Source: an uncultured Bacteroidota bacterium (lineage in GTDB: Bacteria; Bacteroidota; Bacteroidia; Bacteroidales; B18-G4). From it: DNA of 64,000 nt. Positions 50,293 through 61,015 of the stretch are shown one piece after another. Position numbers and translations under genes: made by a program. Position 1 is the stretch's first letter; every line of letters begins with the position of its first letter. The notes below the pieces were generated by a model. The model did no database searches and was not told the DNA's origin. It worked only from the letters and a program-made list of their open reading frames with translations. The DNA lies in the NCBI GenBank assembly GCA_963793485.1, contig CAWCAB010000002.1, positions 1,061,055-1,125,054 on the forward strand, given 5' to 3'.

Positions 50293-52374
50293 CTACAGTC
50301 CCATCCCCAAACTCACCAACTCCACAATATCATAGTTCTTCATGTCGTCTTCGCGGTTCTTATATTTTATGCCGTCGGTCATCATCACCATGCAGAACGG
50401 GCATGCCGTGGCCACAATATCGGCCTTGCATGCGATGGCATCTTCGATGCGTTCGAGGAAAACTTCCTTATCTCCTTTTTCAGCTTCTTTAAACATTTGT
50501 CCGCCACCGGCACCGCAACATAAAGCAAAGCTCTTATGCCTGTGCATCTCCACCATGGTGCTTCCTTCAACGGCCTCCACCACTTCACGGGGTGCCTTGT
50601 ATTCTCCATTGGCCCGCCCGAGGTAACAGGGATCATGGAAGGTGATCCTTTTTCCTGCGAATCCATTTTCAGTAAGCTTAATATCACCCTGCTTTATGAG
50701 TTCGCTTAACAGCTGGCTATGGTGTATCACCTCGTAATTTCCTCCCAGATCAGGATATTCATTTTTGAAGGTATTATAATCATGAGGGCAGGCTGTGATG
50801 ATCTTTTTTACTCCATACATATTCATGGTCTCTATCATCATCAGGGCCTGCATCTGGAATAGCATCTCGTTCCCGGCTCTGCGGGCTACATCGCCGCTAT
50901 CGACCTCTTCGGTTCCCAGCACTGCATAATCAAGCTTCAGGTGGTTCAGCACCTTCACCAGTTCTTTGGATACCTTCTTGTACCTGTCATCAAATGCTCC
51001 GGCGGAGCCGATCCACAGCAGGTATTCAGGAGTCTTTCCGGCAGCTTGCATGTCGGCCATCACGGGCACTTCCAGGCCTTCAGCCCAGAGCATGCGGTCT
51101 TCAGGAGAAAATTGCCAGGGGGCACCATTGTTCTCGATATTTGAGAAGATTGAATTTAATTCACCGGGAGCAGCCGATTCTTCCATCACCAGGTACCTGC
51201 GCATGTCAACGATCAGGCTGGGATGGTTGATGTTTATCGGGCACTCCTGTGCACAGGCATTACAGGTTGTGCATGCCCAGAGCTCTTCTTCACTGATGTA
51301 GCTTCTTATAAGTGACTTTTCATCAGAGTAGTTGCTGTCTTTCACAAGCCCGGGCCCCTTCTCTTTCATGCGGGCCCTTAGATCCATAAATATTTTTCTC
51401 GGCGACAGGAGTTTTCCGGTGATGTTTGCCGGACATACGGCTGTACATCGTCCACACTCCGTGCAGGCCAGTGAATCCAGGTAATTTTTCCAGGTTGTAT
51501 CCTCCGCATCAAGTACTCCAAATCGGGAGACCTGTCCCTCTTCTTCTGCCGGAGGATCTGCAAAGGCAGCATTAGGATCCATCATCAGCTTTACTTCTGT
51601 AGTGATCTCTGGCATATTCGGAAGGTATCCAAGTGGATCCAGCCTGCTGAGGAAAACATTGGGAACCGACATGAAAACATGGAAATGCTTCGAGTATGGA
51701 AGGACATTGGCAAAGAGGAAGATAAGCAGGATGTGTGCCCACCAGTTAATCTCATGCCAGAGATGGGCCTGTGATTCAGGCAGGTTTCCAAAGAAGCCCG
51801 CAAGGTATTCACTGACCGGGTACAGGCCGATAAGCTCATGCCCGACGGATCGTGCATACACCACATAAAAAGTGTTCATCCCCAGCAAACTAACCATCAG
51901 GAGGCCAATCAAGGTCAGGGCGATATTGGCATCAAGGTGTGATACATGCTTCATCTCTACACCGGAAAAACGCTTTACATGTAAGAACAATCGCCTGAAC
52001 AGAAAGGCAATGATCATGACCAGGATAACAAATCCGGATATGTCTCCCAGGGCGATGATTACATCATAAACAGGCCCCAGAACACCAAGAACACGCTCGG
52101 TGCCAAACAGGCCATCAATGATCATCTCAATGCTACCGATCAGGATCACAATGAATCCCCACCAGACCAGGGCATGCATGAGGCCCAGAACCGGACGCCG
52201 GAAGATCTTGGTCTGCCCGACAGCCACTTTCATCATCACCCAGAAGCGTTTCCCCCAGTCCTTTACCGGGTAGGGTTTTGTGAGTTTGAAGAATCGGAAT
52301 ACACGGAACATGGTGTATGAAAAAATACCAAGGGTGAGGAGAATGGAGATTGCGAAAACAATTTGCTTGGTCAT
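50293..52374 (-). CDS. FadF-like membrane Fe-S oxidoreductase (TM + 4Fe-4S dicluster + CCG domains)
   Basis: TM His residues, PYSKHFH, CTECGRCTAVCP, CTTCNACAQECP, HDPCYLGR, CCGAGGG, ACPFC. Confidence 0.9.
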   Translation of the reverse strand: MTKQIVFAISILLTLGIFSYTMFRVFRFFKLTKPYPVKDWGKRFWVMMKVAVGQTKIFRRPVLGLMHALVWWGFIVILIGSIEMIIDGLFGTERVLGVLGPVYDVIIALGDISGFVILVMIIAFLFRRLFLHVKRFSGVEMKHVSHLDANIALTLIGLLMVSLLGMNTFYVVYARSVGHELIGLYPVSEYLAGFFGNLPESQAHLWHEINWWAHILLIFLFANVLPYSKHFHVFMSVPNVFLSRLDPLGYLPNMPEITTEVKLMMDPNAAFADPPAEEEGQVSRFGVLDAEDTTWKNYLDSLACTECGRCTAVCPANITGKLLSPRKIFMDLRARMKEKGPGLVKDSNYSDEKSLIRSYISEEELWACTTCNACAQECPININHPSLIVDMRRYLVMEESAAPGELNSIFSNIENNGAPWQFSPEDRMLWAEGLEVPVMADMQAAGKTPEYLLWIGSAGAFDDRYKKVSKELVKVLNHLKLDYAVLGTEEVDSGDVARRAGNEMLFQMQALMMIETMNMYGVKKIITACPHDYNTFKNEYPDLGGNYEVIHHSQLLSELIKQGDIKLTENGFAGKRITFHDPCYLGRANGEYKAPREVVEAVEGSTMVEMHRHKSFALCCGAGGGQMFKEAEKGDKEVFLERIEDAIACKADIVATACPFCMVMMTDGIKYKNREDDMKNYDIVELVSLGMGL

Positions 52375-52466
52375 AAACGCTTATAATTATGGAAAGTAAG
52401 TATCAAATGTTCTTTAAAACAATATTAAGGATAATATTTTTTAGAATTTGTTTAAATAATGGGGTA

Positions 52467-52497
52467 TGACCTGGCAGGTCGGCGACCTGCCAGGTCA
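52467..52497. repeat. REP-like palindrome doublet (GACCT-NNN-AGGTC)x2
   Basis: TGACCTGGCAGGTC-GGC-GACCTGCCAGGTCA just upstream of the TATATTTG -7 box of icmF. Confidence 0.8.
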
Positions 52498-52542
52498 CAT
52501 AATTTTTCTATATTTGTTTTCCCTACAATATATTATGAAATA

Positions 52543-55500
52543 ATGGACAAGAAGCCGGACATATATAAGCCAAAAAATCACGTCAGGATCGTTACAGCAG
52601 CTTCCTTATTCGATGGCCATGATGCGGCCATCAATATTATGCGCAGGATCATACAGGCCACAGGGGTGGAGGTGATCCACCTGGGTCACGACCGTTCTGT
52701 GAGAGAAATAGTTGACTGTGCCATACAGGAAGATGTTCAGTCGGTAGCCATTACTTCCTACCAGGGAGGGCACATGGAGTATTTTAAATATATGTACGAC
52801 CTGCTCAAGGAAAATGGATGTGAACACATAAAGCTTTTTGGAGGAGGAGGAGGAGTAATACTCCCGGAGGAGATGGATGAATTGCATGATTACGGGATCA
52901 CCAGGATATATTCACCGGATGACGGACGCCAGATGGGCCTGCAGGGGATGATCAACGAGCTTGTAGAGAAATCGGATTACCCTACGGGCAAAGGCATCAA
53001 AGTTACAGCTAAGGATCTTGAGAGTAAAAGCCCATATGCCATTGCGCAGTTGATCTCTGCTGCAGAAAATAATCCTGATGAGGTGAGGTCTTTTATCGAT
53101 CAGCTTGGAAAGAAAGATAAAAGCTCTCCTGTACTTGGGATCACCGGTACCGGTGGTTCGGGGAAATCCTCCCTTGTGGATGAGATCGTACGCCGATACC
53201 TGGATGATTATACTGATAAGACCATAGGCATCATTTCTGTAGATCCTTCGAAAAGAAAAACGGGAGGAGCGCTACTGGGCGACAGGATTCGCATGAATTC
53301 TATCGATGACCCCAGGGTATACATGCGCTCGCTTGCTACTCGGCAATCGAACCTGGCCATGTCGAAATACGTGAAAGATGCGGAGGTCATCCTGCAGGCT
53401 GCAGGCTTCGACCTGATCATTCTGGAAACATCTGGTATCGGTCAGTCAGATACAGAGATCATCGACCACAGTGATCTTTCAATGTATGTGATGACACCTG
53501 AGTATGGTGCTGCCACCCAGCTGGAAAAGATCGACATGCTCGACTTTGCAGATATTATTGCACTGAACAAATTTGATAAGCGCGGGGCCCTGGATGCTTT
53601 GCGCGATGTGAAGAAGCAATATATGCGGAACCATCAGCTCTTCCATGCCAATGCCGATGATATGCCCGTTTATGGAACTATCGCCTCCCAGTTTAATGAC
53701 CCGGGGGTGAACCAGCTTTATCGGGCTATCATGGAGAGCATAAACGAGATCTCAAAAGGTAAGTTTAAGAGCAGCATGGCAGCCAGCGATGAGCTGTCGG
53801 AAAAGATATATATCATCCCCCCTAAAAGGACACGATACCTCTCTGAGATTGCTGAAACTATACGAGGGTATAATGAGTGGGCCGACAAGCAGGCAGAAGT
53901 TGCCCAACGCATGTATGCCCTTCACGAATCCAATACCCTGCTGAAAGAAAATGGTGAATGCATGGATGCCCTGGATACTGCATACAAGAATGAAGAACTT
54001 GATCTGGATCCGCGCAACCTGGAGATCATCCGCAGCTGGGATGATAAACGTGCATCTTATAAAGCGGATGAATTCGTTTTTAAGGTCAGGGATAAAGAAC
54101 TGAGGGTAGAAACTCATACCGAATCTCTCTCTCATGTAAGGATACCTAAAATAACCCTCCCTGCCTATAAAGGCTGGGGCGACATACTGAAATGGGTATT
54201 GCGTGAAAATGTACCGGGAGAATTCCCTTTTGCAGCGGGTGTGTTTCCTTTTAAGCGGGAAGGCGAAGACCCAACCAGGCAGTTTGCAGGTGAAGGCGGG
54301 CCGGAACGTACTAATAAACGCTTCCATTACCTTTCTTTCGGCATGCCGGCAGTCAGGCTGTCTACTGCATTTGATTCGGTTACTCTCTACGGACGCGATC
54401 CTGACGTTCGCCCCGACATTTATGGCAAGATCGGTAATTCAGGGGTGTCAATTTCCTGTCTGGATGATGCCAAACGCCTGTATTCAGGTTTCGACCTGGT
54501 TGACCCGAAAACATCCGTGTCAATGACGATAAATGGCCCTGCCCCGACATTGGTAGGCTATTTCATGAATGCAGCCATTGACCAGCAGTGCGAACTCTAT
54601 ATTAAAGAGCAAGGACTGGAAAAGGAAATTGAAAAAAAGATCAACGAAATTTATAAAACAAGGGGGACAAAACGTCCGGTCTATAACGCTGCGATCCCTG
54701 ATGGACATAATGGCCTTGGCCTGATGTTGCTGGGTGTTACGGGCGATATGGTCTTGCCCGAGGATGTTTACAATAAGATCAAAGCAGATACCATTTGCAG
54801 GGTCAGGGGAACGGTGCAAGCCGATATCCTCAAGGAAGACCAGGCGCAGAATACCTGTATCTTCTCTACTGACTTTGCCCTGAAGATGATGGGCGATGTG
54901 CAGGAGTATTTCAACGAGAATTATGTCAGGAACTTCTACTCCGTTTCCATCTCCGGCTATCATATTGCCGAAGCAGGCGCCAACCCGGTAACACAGCTAG
55001 CCCTAACGCTGGCCAATGGATTTACCTATGTTGAGTATTATGTGTCGAGGGGGATGGAGATCAATGATTTCGCTCCAAACCTTTCATTCTTCTTCTCGAA
55101 CGGCATCGATCCTGAGTACTCGGTACTTGGCAGGGTGGCCCGGCTGATCTGGTCGAAAGCCATGAAGTTGAAATATGGGGCTAACGATCGATCACAAAAA
55201 CTAAAATACCATATCCAGACCTCAGGGCGGTCACTGCATGCCCAGGAGATCGACTTTAATGATATCAGAACGACCCTTCAGGCGCTTTATGCGATTTATG
55301 ATAACTGCAATTCCCTGCATACCAATGCATATGATGAGGCCATCACTACACCCACTGAAGAATCAGTAAGAAGGGCCATGGCCATTCAGCTGATCATCAA
55401 CCATGAGCTTGGGCTCGCTAAGAACCAGAACCCTCTGCAGGGATCTTTCATCATCGAAGAGCTGACAGACCTTGTGGAAGAAGCCGTGATGATGGAGTTC

Positions 55501-55905
55501 GACAGGCTTACCGAGCGCGGAGGCGTTCTGGGTGCCATGGAAACCATGTACCAGCGGGGCAAGATCCAGGAGGAGTCATTATATTATGAAACATTAAAAC
55601 ATACGGGTGAATTGCCCATCATGGGCGTGAACACCTTCCTGTCAAGCAAAGGCAGTCCTACCGTCATCCCCGGAGAGGTCATCCGGGCTACTGCTGCGGA
55701 AAAAAAGCAGCAGATCAACACGATCAAGGATCTGCATAATACCTGGGAAGGTGAAGCGGCATTTCACCTGGAAGACCTTAAGAAAAGAGTTGCTCACAAT
55801 GACAATGTCTTTGCAGGGATCATGGAAGCCGCAAAGTATTGCTCTATAGGCCAAATCTCACAGGCATTATTTGAAGTTGGAGGACAGTACAGGAGAAATA
55901 TGTAA
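52543..55905 (+). CDS. icmF: Fused isobutyryl-CoA mutase/GTPase
   Basis: B12 domain DGHDAA, MeaB-like [13 protein letters not shown], mutase barrel with QFAG and ILKEDQAQN (Phe/Gln instead of the MCM Tyr/Arg). Confidence 0.93.
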   Translation: MDKKPDIYKPKNHVRIVTAASLFDGHDAAINIMRRIIQATGVEVIHLGHDRSVREIVDCAIQEDVQSVAITSYQGGHMEYFKYMYDLLKENGCEHIKLFGGGGGVILPEEMDELHDYGITRIYSPDDGRQMGLQGMINELVEKSDYPTGKGIKVTAKDLESKSPYAIAQLISAAENNPDEVRSFIDQLGKKDKSSPVLGITGTGGSGKSSLVDEIVRRYLDDYTDKTIGIISVDPSKRKTGGALLGDRIRMNSIDDPRVYMRSLATRQSNLAMSKYVKDAEVILQAAGFDLIILETSGIGQSDTEIIDHSDLSMYVMTPEYGAATQLEKIDMLDFADIIALNKFDKRGALDALRDVKKQYMRNHQLFHANADDMPVYGTIASQFNDPGVNQLYRAIMESINEISKGKFKSSMAASDELSEKIYIIPPKRTRYLSEIAETIRGYNEWADKQAEVAQRMYALHESNTLLKENGECMDALDTAYKNEELDLDPRNLEIIRSWDDKRASYKADEFVFKVRDKELRVETHTESLSHVRIPKITLPAYKGWGDILKWVLRENVPGEFPFAAGVFPFKREGEDPTRQFAGEGGPERTNKRFHYLSFGMPAVRLSTAFDSVTLYGRDPDVRPDIYGKIGNSGVSISCLDDAKRLYSGFDLVDPKTSVSMTINGPAPTLVGYFMNAAIDQQCELYIKEQGLEKEIEKKINEIYKTRGTKRPVYNAAIPDGHNGLGLMLLGVTGDMVLPEDVYNKIKADTICRVRGTVQADILKEDQAQNTCIFSTDFALKMMGDVQEYFNENYVRNFYSVSISGYHIAEAGANPVTQLALTLANGFTYVEYYVSRGMEINDFAPNLSFFFSNGIDPEYSVLGRVARLIWSKAMKLKYGANDRSQKLKYHIQTSGRSLHAQEIDFNDIRTTLQALYAIYDNCNSLHTNAYDEAITTPTEESVRRAMAIQLIINHELGLAKNQNPLQGSFIIEELTDLVEEAVMMEFDRLTERGGVLGAMETMYQRGKIQEESLYYETLKHTGELPIMGVNTFLSSKGSPTVIPGEVIRATAAEKKQQINTIKDLHNTWEGEAAFHLEDLKKRVAHNDNVFAGIMEAAKYCSIGQISQALFEVGGQYRRNM

Positions 55906-55941
55906 TTTTACCATCGACCCAAACCTTAAAGATGGATTCAG

Positions 55942-56559
55942 ATGAGTAATTGGCTTGAGGAGGCTGAAAGGAACATTGTTACTGGTAACGACCATAGCAA
56001 GCTGGAAGATAAGCTCCAGAATAAGAAGGAGAAGATTCGGAAAAATTATCTTGACAACCAACTTGCATATGATACTTTCATCGCTGATTTGAAAAAATTG
56101 GTAGATAGGGTAAACCACTTGCCTGCTGAAAGCAGAGATCCGTTCGGGAAGATCAGTTTCTATACTAAAGAGTCGAAGCTGAATAATCACCTGCATTATA
56201 TTTCCAGCAGCGCCCGGATAAAAAAAAGGATGTTTAAAAACGTCTTTCATTTATTCAAGACCTATACCTTCAAACGGATCCGTGTAGTTTATTTAACGGT
56301 CTCTAGCCATGAAGGAAAGATGGATGTTGAATTGAAAGAAAACATGCTGCTTCGGGTCCGGATGACAAGAGCAGGTGAAAATGAACGTTTAAAAGATCCC
56401 AGGAGGAAGAATAAAGACCGTAAGGATTTCCTGTTCAGATTTGACTTAAACAACATGAATGGGAGCGAGCCCAGGGACATCATCGACTGGTTGGCATTCA
56501 AAAAGGAGATGGAGGAAATTCTTTTTTTTGATGGTAGCTATCAGGTTGTATCCTCCTGA
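55942..56559 (+). CDS. Hypothetical basic protein
   Basis: 205-aa ORF filling the gap after icmF; 3' end overlaps hflX; no family recognised. Confidence 0.7.
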   Translation: MSNWLEEAERNIVTGNDHSKLEDKLQNKKEKIRKNYLDNQLAYDTFIADLKKLVDRVNHLPAESRDPFGKISFYTKESKLNNHLHYISSSARIKKRMFKNVFHLFKTYTFKRIRVVYLTVSSHEGKMDVELKENMLLRVRMTRAGENERLKDPRRKNKDRKDFLFRFDLNNMNGSEPRDIIDWLAFKKEMEEILFFDGSYQVVSS

Positions 56560-57764
56560 TCTTCTGGAATATCGAATAAAAAGCTGTTATAGGGATAACG
56601 CTTTATATGGATTGCTTTTACTTCCTCATAGATAAGCTGACGCAGCTCATTAATATTGGTTTTTTTCTTTGCTGAGATGAACACACTGCGGTGTTCAGAT
56701 TCAGCCATCCATGTCTTTTTCAGGTCCTCCAGGGAGAGATTCTCTTTTTCAACCGGGCTGAGATCATCCTCATCCATTTCAACAAAACTGTATGCATCGA
56801 TCTTATTGAATACCACGATCAAGGGTTTATTATATGCATCGATCTCGGTGAGCGTACGCTGAACTGTTTGTATCTGATCTTCGAAATCAGGATGGGAGAT
56901 GTCGACAAGATGTACCAGGAGGTCTGCTTCTCTCACTTCATCGAGGGTAGACTTAAAGGACTCGATCAGGCTGTGTGGTAGTTTACGGATAAACCCAACG
57001 GTATCGGAAAGGAGGAAGGGCAGGTTTTGAAATACGACCTTTCTCACTGTAGTGTCGAGGGTGGCAAAGAGCTTGTTTTCTGCAAAAACATCAGACTTGC
57101 TGAGCAGGTTCATCAGGGTAGACTTCCCTACATTGGTATATCCTACCAGGGCTACCCTGACCATTTTTCCACGGTTTTTGCGCTGGGTTGCCTTTTGCTT
57201 GTCGATCTGAATTAATTTCTTCTTGAGCAATGAGATCCGATCGCGGATGATACGCCTGTCAGTCTCAATCTCGGTTTCACCGGGCCCCTTCATGCCAATA
57301 CCCCCTTTTTGTTTGGAGAGATGGGTCCACATGCGGGTTAGCCGTGGAAGCATGTATTCATATTGTGCCAGTTCAACCTGTGTCTTGGCGTGTGCAGTGC
57401 GTGCCCTTCCGGCAAAGATATCCAGGATAAGGTTGTTCCTGTCAAGGACCTTGCATTCCAGTATTTTTTCAATATTTCTAAGCTGGGAGGGGCTCAACTC
57501 ATCATCAAAGACCGCAATATCGATCTCTTCTTCTTCAACAAAGCGGCGGATCTCTTCCAGTTTGCCTGATCCTACAAAAGTCCGTGAATCGGGATGATCT
57601 AGTGACTGCAGAAAAGTTTTGACAGGAATTCCACCTGCAGTATCTACCAGGAAAGCCAGTTCATTAATATGTTCATCTGTAGTTCGGCGATCAACATCGT
57701 TACTGATGATCCCAATAAGAACGACGGTTTCCTTTTTCTTTTTTATATCGAAAGGTCCCGGCAT
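56541..57764 (-). CDS. hflX: GTPase HflX
   Basis: GPGETEIETDRR, GYTNVGKST, LFATLD, DTVGF, NKID. Confidence 0.97.
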   Translation of the reverse strand: MPGPFDIKKKKETVVLIGIISNDVDRRTTDEHINELAFLVDTAGGIPVKTFLQSLDHPDSRTFVGSGKLEEIRRFVEEEEIDIAVFDDELSPSQLRNIEKILECKVLDRNNLILDIFAGRARTAHAKTQVELAQYEYMLPRLTRMWTHLSKQKGGIGMKGPGETEIETDRRIIRDRISLLKKKLIQIDKQKATQRKNRGKMVRVALVGYTNVGKSTLMNLLSKSDVFAENKLFATLDTTVRKVVFQNLPFLLSDTVGFIRKLPHSLIESFKSTLDEVREADLLVHLVDISHPDFEDQIQTVQRTLTEIDAYNKPLIVVFNKIDAYSFVEMDEDDLSPVEKENLSLEDLKKTWMAESEHRSVFISAKKKTNINELRQLIYEEVKAIHIKRYPYNSFLFDIPEDQEDTT

Positions 57765-58768
57765 TAAAAGGCTTTAAATCCAATGATTTCCCTGACTTCG
57801 CCAATGGTTCTTCGTGCACTTTCACGAGCCACTTCTGCACCCTGCATGGTCACCTTTCGCAGATATGCATGGTCTTCGGAGAGGCTCAGTATTTTTTCGC
57901 GGAAAGGAGTAGTAAAAGCAATTACATCTTCTGCCAGTTGCTTTTTAAGATCACCATAGCGGATGCTGCAGGTATTATAGGCTTCATCGAAGAATGATAT
58001 TGTTTCAGGCTTTGATACCACATCCATCAGTGTAAAGAGGTTCTGAATGGCTTCTGGTTTTTGCTGGTTTTCTTCTGTGGGGCCACTATCTGTAACGGCA
58101 CGCATCACTTTTTTGCGGATCACCTCAGGCGCATCAGCAAGCAGGATGGCATTACCTTCAGATTTTCCCATCTTACCGCTTCCATCCAGGCCGGGGATTT
58201 TTACCAGGGCCTCCCCGAAGTTATAAGCTTGTGGGATGGGGAAATAATCAACCTTATACATACGGTTAAAGCGGCGTGCAAAGGTACGCATCATCTCCAG
58301 ATTCTGTTCCTGGTCTTTCCCGACAGGGACTTTGGATGCTTTGTGGATGATCACATCGGCAGCCATCAAAGTTGGATAAGTGAGCAAGCCTGCATTCACA
58401 TTTTCAGGTTGTTTTCTCACTTTGTCTTTGAAGGAAGTAACCCGTTCCAACTCGCCCAGGTAGGCATTCATATTCAAAAGAAGGTATAGTTCAGCAACCT
58501 CTGGCACATCACTTTGAATGTATATAGTAGCTTTTTCAGGATCAATGCCTGCTGCAAGGTATTCGACCAGCACATTCTTCACATTTCCATGAAGGTCGCC
58601 GGGAGTAGGATGAGTAGTGAGTGAGTGATAATCCGCGATAAAAAAAAGACATTGGCTGTCTTCCTGCATCTTCACGAAGTTCTTCATTGCACCAAAATAA
58701 TTACCCAGGTGCAAATTGCCGGTTGGCCTGATACCACTAACTACGGTTTCCATATTGTTGTATTTCAA
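57764..58768 (-). CDS. trpS: Tryptophan--tRNA ligase
   Basis: SGIRPTGNLHLGNY, YPTLMAAD, VPVGKDQ, KMGKS. Confidence 0.97.
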   Translation of the reverse strand: MKYNNMETVVSGIRPTGNLHLGNYFGAMKNFVKMQEDSQCLFFIADYHSLTTHPTPGDLHGNVKNVLVEYLAAGIDPEKATIYIQSDVPEVAELYLLLNMNAYLGELERVTSFKDKVRKQPENVNAGLLTYPTLMAADVIIHKASKVPVGKDQEQNLEMMRTFARRFNRMYKVDYFPIPQAYNFGEALVKIPGLDGSGKMGKSEGNAILLADAPEVIRKKVMRAVTDSGPTEENQQKPEAIQNLFTLMDVVSKPETISFFDEAYNTCSIRYGDLKKQLAEDVIAFTTPFREKILSLSEDHAYLRKVTMQGAEVARESARRTIGEVREIIGFKAF

Positions 58769-58787
58769 TTTTCAAACTTCAGATATC

Positions 58788-60341
58788 CTATATCTTCAGT
58801 TCTTCTCCAGTACTGTCGTAAAAATGGTACTCCAGGTAATGGAAAGTACTATTCTTTTTAACGATGATCTTCTTTTTAAACTTACGTTTCCATTTGCTCC
58901 GGAGGGATGATAACATGCCTTTTGTCAGGAATGAATGAACGAAGGGATGTACTTCAATAGTGATCTGCTTTTCGTTTTGTTCCTGCAAGAGGTATTTAAT
59001 ATTGTTCTCGATCTCATCGGTGATGATGATGCTGGGCCCGATCTTCCCTGTTCCCTTACAGGAAGGACATTGCTCGAGGGTTTCAATGGTCATCTCAGGA
59101 CGCACACGCTGCCTGGTGATCTGTACAAGTCCAAATTTACTGGGAGGCAGGATGGTATGTTTCGCACGGTCTTTTGCCATTTCATCTCTGAGTCGCTGGT
59201 ATAGGGCACGGCGGTGTTTGGCCTCCAACATATCGATGAAGTCAACCACAATGATCCCGCCCATATCACGCAACCTGAGCTGGCGGGCGATCTCCGCAGC
59301 AGCCTCCAGGTTTACTTCCATAGCATTAGTCTCCTGGGAGTTTTGCTTGTTTACCCTGTGTCCGGAGTTCACGTCGATCACGTGCAAAGCCTCGGTATGT
59401 TCAATGATCAGGTAAACTCCGCTTTTGATAGTAACGGTTTTTCCGAATGAACTCTTGATCTGCTTGTCGATCCCAAAGTGCTCAAATATCGGACCCCTTC
59501 CTTTATATAGTTTGACTATATCCAGTTTGTCGGGTGCGATCTTAGCTATATAACTTTTTATCTCTTCGTAAAGGTCATGTCCATTGACATGAACACTGTT
59601 GAAGGATTCACTCAATACATCCCTGAGCAGGGCAGAGGTTCTGTCGAGTTCGCTGACCACCTTGTTGGGTGGTCTCATCCCACGAAGCTTGCGGGTAAGC
59701 AGGCTCCATTTCTGAACCAGGCTTTTCAGGTCAGCATCCAGGTCGGCCACCAGCTTATCCTCAGCCACAGTACGGATGATCACACCCATATTGTTTGGCT
59801 TGATGCTCTGGATGAGACGCTTGAGGCGGTTCCTCTCATCGACACTCTTGATCTTTTGAGAAACAGAGATACGATTAGAGAAAGGTACCAGAACAAGGTA
59901 TCTTCCTGCAAATGAAATCTCAGATGAGATCCTGGGGCCTTTAGTTGAAATGGGTTCTTTTGCGATCTGAACAGCGATCTGCTGATTCGTTTTCAGTACG
60001 TGAGAGATCTTACCGGTTTTTTCGATATCCCCCTCAAGTTTGAAATTTGTAATGTCGGGTTGTGGCCCCTTCGTTGATAAAGCGTACCTGACAAATTTAT
60101 TCAGAGATTTGACCTGGGGGCCCAGATCAAGATAGTGAAGGAAGCCGTCTTTTTCATACCCAACATCAATAAAGGCTGCATTCAGCCCGGGCATGATTTT
60201 TCTTACTCTTCCCAGATAAACATCACCTACTGCGTAGTTATTATCAAGCTTTTCTTTGTGTAGTTCTACAAGGAATTTGTCCTCCAGCAAAGCAATATCC
60301 ACCTCATTCTTAAACGAATTTATGATCAATTCCTTTTCCAC
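58788..60341 (-). CDS. Rne/Rng family ribonuclease
   Basis: S1 domain AAFIDVGYEKDGFLH, KEPISTKGPR, IDVNSG, LRLRDMGGIIVVDFID, CPSC. Confidence 0.95.
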   Translation of the reverse strand: MEKELIINSFKNEVDIALLEDKFLVELHKEKLDNNYAVGDVYLGRVRKIMPGLNAAFIDVGYEKDGFLHYLDLGPQVKSLNKFVRYALSTKGPQPDITNFKLEGDIEKTGKISHVLKTNQQIAVQIAKEPISTKGPRISSEISFAGRYLVLVPFSNRISVSQKIKSVDERNRLKRLIQSIKPNNMGVIIRTVAEDKLVADLDADLKSLVQKWSLLTRKLRGMRPPNKVVSELDRTSALLRDVLSESFNSVHVNGHDLYEEIKSYIAKIAPDKLDIVKLYKGRGPIFEHFGIDKQIKSSFGKTVTIKSGVYLIIEHTEALHVIDVNSGHRVNKQNSQETNAMEVNLEAAAEIARQLRLRDMGGIIVVDFIDMLEAKHRRALYQRLRDEMAKDRAKHTILPPSKFGLVQITRQRVRPEMTIETLEQCPSCKGTGKIGPSIIITDEIENNIKYLLQEQNEKQITIEVHPFVHSFLTKGMLSSLRSKWKRKFKKKIIVKKNSTFHYLEYHFYDSTGEELKI

Positions 60342-60487
60342 GGTGTTATGGTTTAAAATGCAAAACCACTGATAAAAAACATATCAATGATCTAAAAAAA
60401 CAAGAAAGGCGGCATGGAAAAGCGGTAGGGTCGGAAAAATAAAACAATTGCATAATGCCTATAAACCAGCATTATGCAATTGCTACT

Positions 60488-60577
60488 CTATTTCTTCTTA
60501 TGTCTGTTCTTCCTCAAACGTTTCTTACGTTTGTGGGTCGACATCTTATGTCTCTTCTTCTTTTTCCCGCTTGGCAT
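60488..60577 (-). CDS. Small ribosomal protein bS22 (AURKAIP1/COX24-like), 29 aa
   Basis: Below the ORF-track cutoff; hand translation MPSGKKKKRHKMSTHKRKKRLRKNRHKKK*. Confidence 0.88.
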   Translation of the reverse strand: MPSGKKKKRHKMSTHKRKKRLRKNRHKKK

Positions 60578-60596
60578 AGTTAATTTTTTTAGACGA

Positions 60597-60881
60597 TTAC
60601 TTTACATTTTTTTTCACGTCATTGACAAAGGTCTTCGCAGGCTTGAAGGAAGGAATGAAATGTTCCGGAATAATGATTGTAGTGTTCTTTGAAATATTTC
60701 TCCCGGTTTTTTGAGCCCTTTTCTTTACGGTAAAGCTTCCAAATCCCCTCAGGTATACATTTTCGCCATTGATGAGTGATCCTTTAACAGCTTCCATAAA
60801 AGATTCAACGGTTGCCTGAACTGCAACTTTTTCAATTCCTGTTTTGTTCGCGATATCAGCTACGATTTCTGCTTTTGTCAT
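60597..60881 (-). CDS. hup: HU family DNA-binding protein
   Basis: MTKAEIV, VYLRGFGSF, GRNISK, PSFKPAK. Confidence 0.95.
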   Translation of the reverse strand: MTKAEIVADIANKTGIEKVAVQATVESFMEAVKGSLINGENVYLRGFGSFTVKKRAQKTGRNISKNTTIIIPEHFIPSFKPAKTFVNDVKKNVK

Positions 60882-61015
60882 GATATATTTTTTAAGTAGT
60901 TAAACGATTATTTCTTATTACGGGCTGCAAATATAAAACTTTTTTAGTTCAAACACCTTTTATGAAATAAATTTTTATTTCTAATGTACTCTAAATAAAT
61001 TTGTTCCCAACTAAA

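Noticed and set aside
52436-52460. Fur-like AT-rich palindrome (similar one at 9560-9581)
   Set aside because: Too AT-rich and degenerate to support without a position-weight matrix.
30641-55905. Selenocysteine or stop-codon recoding in the redox proteins
   Set aside because: No in-frame TGA at catalytic Cys positions; the ORFs are full length under the standard code.
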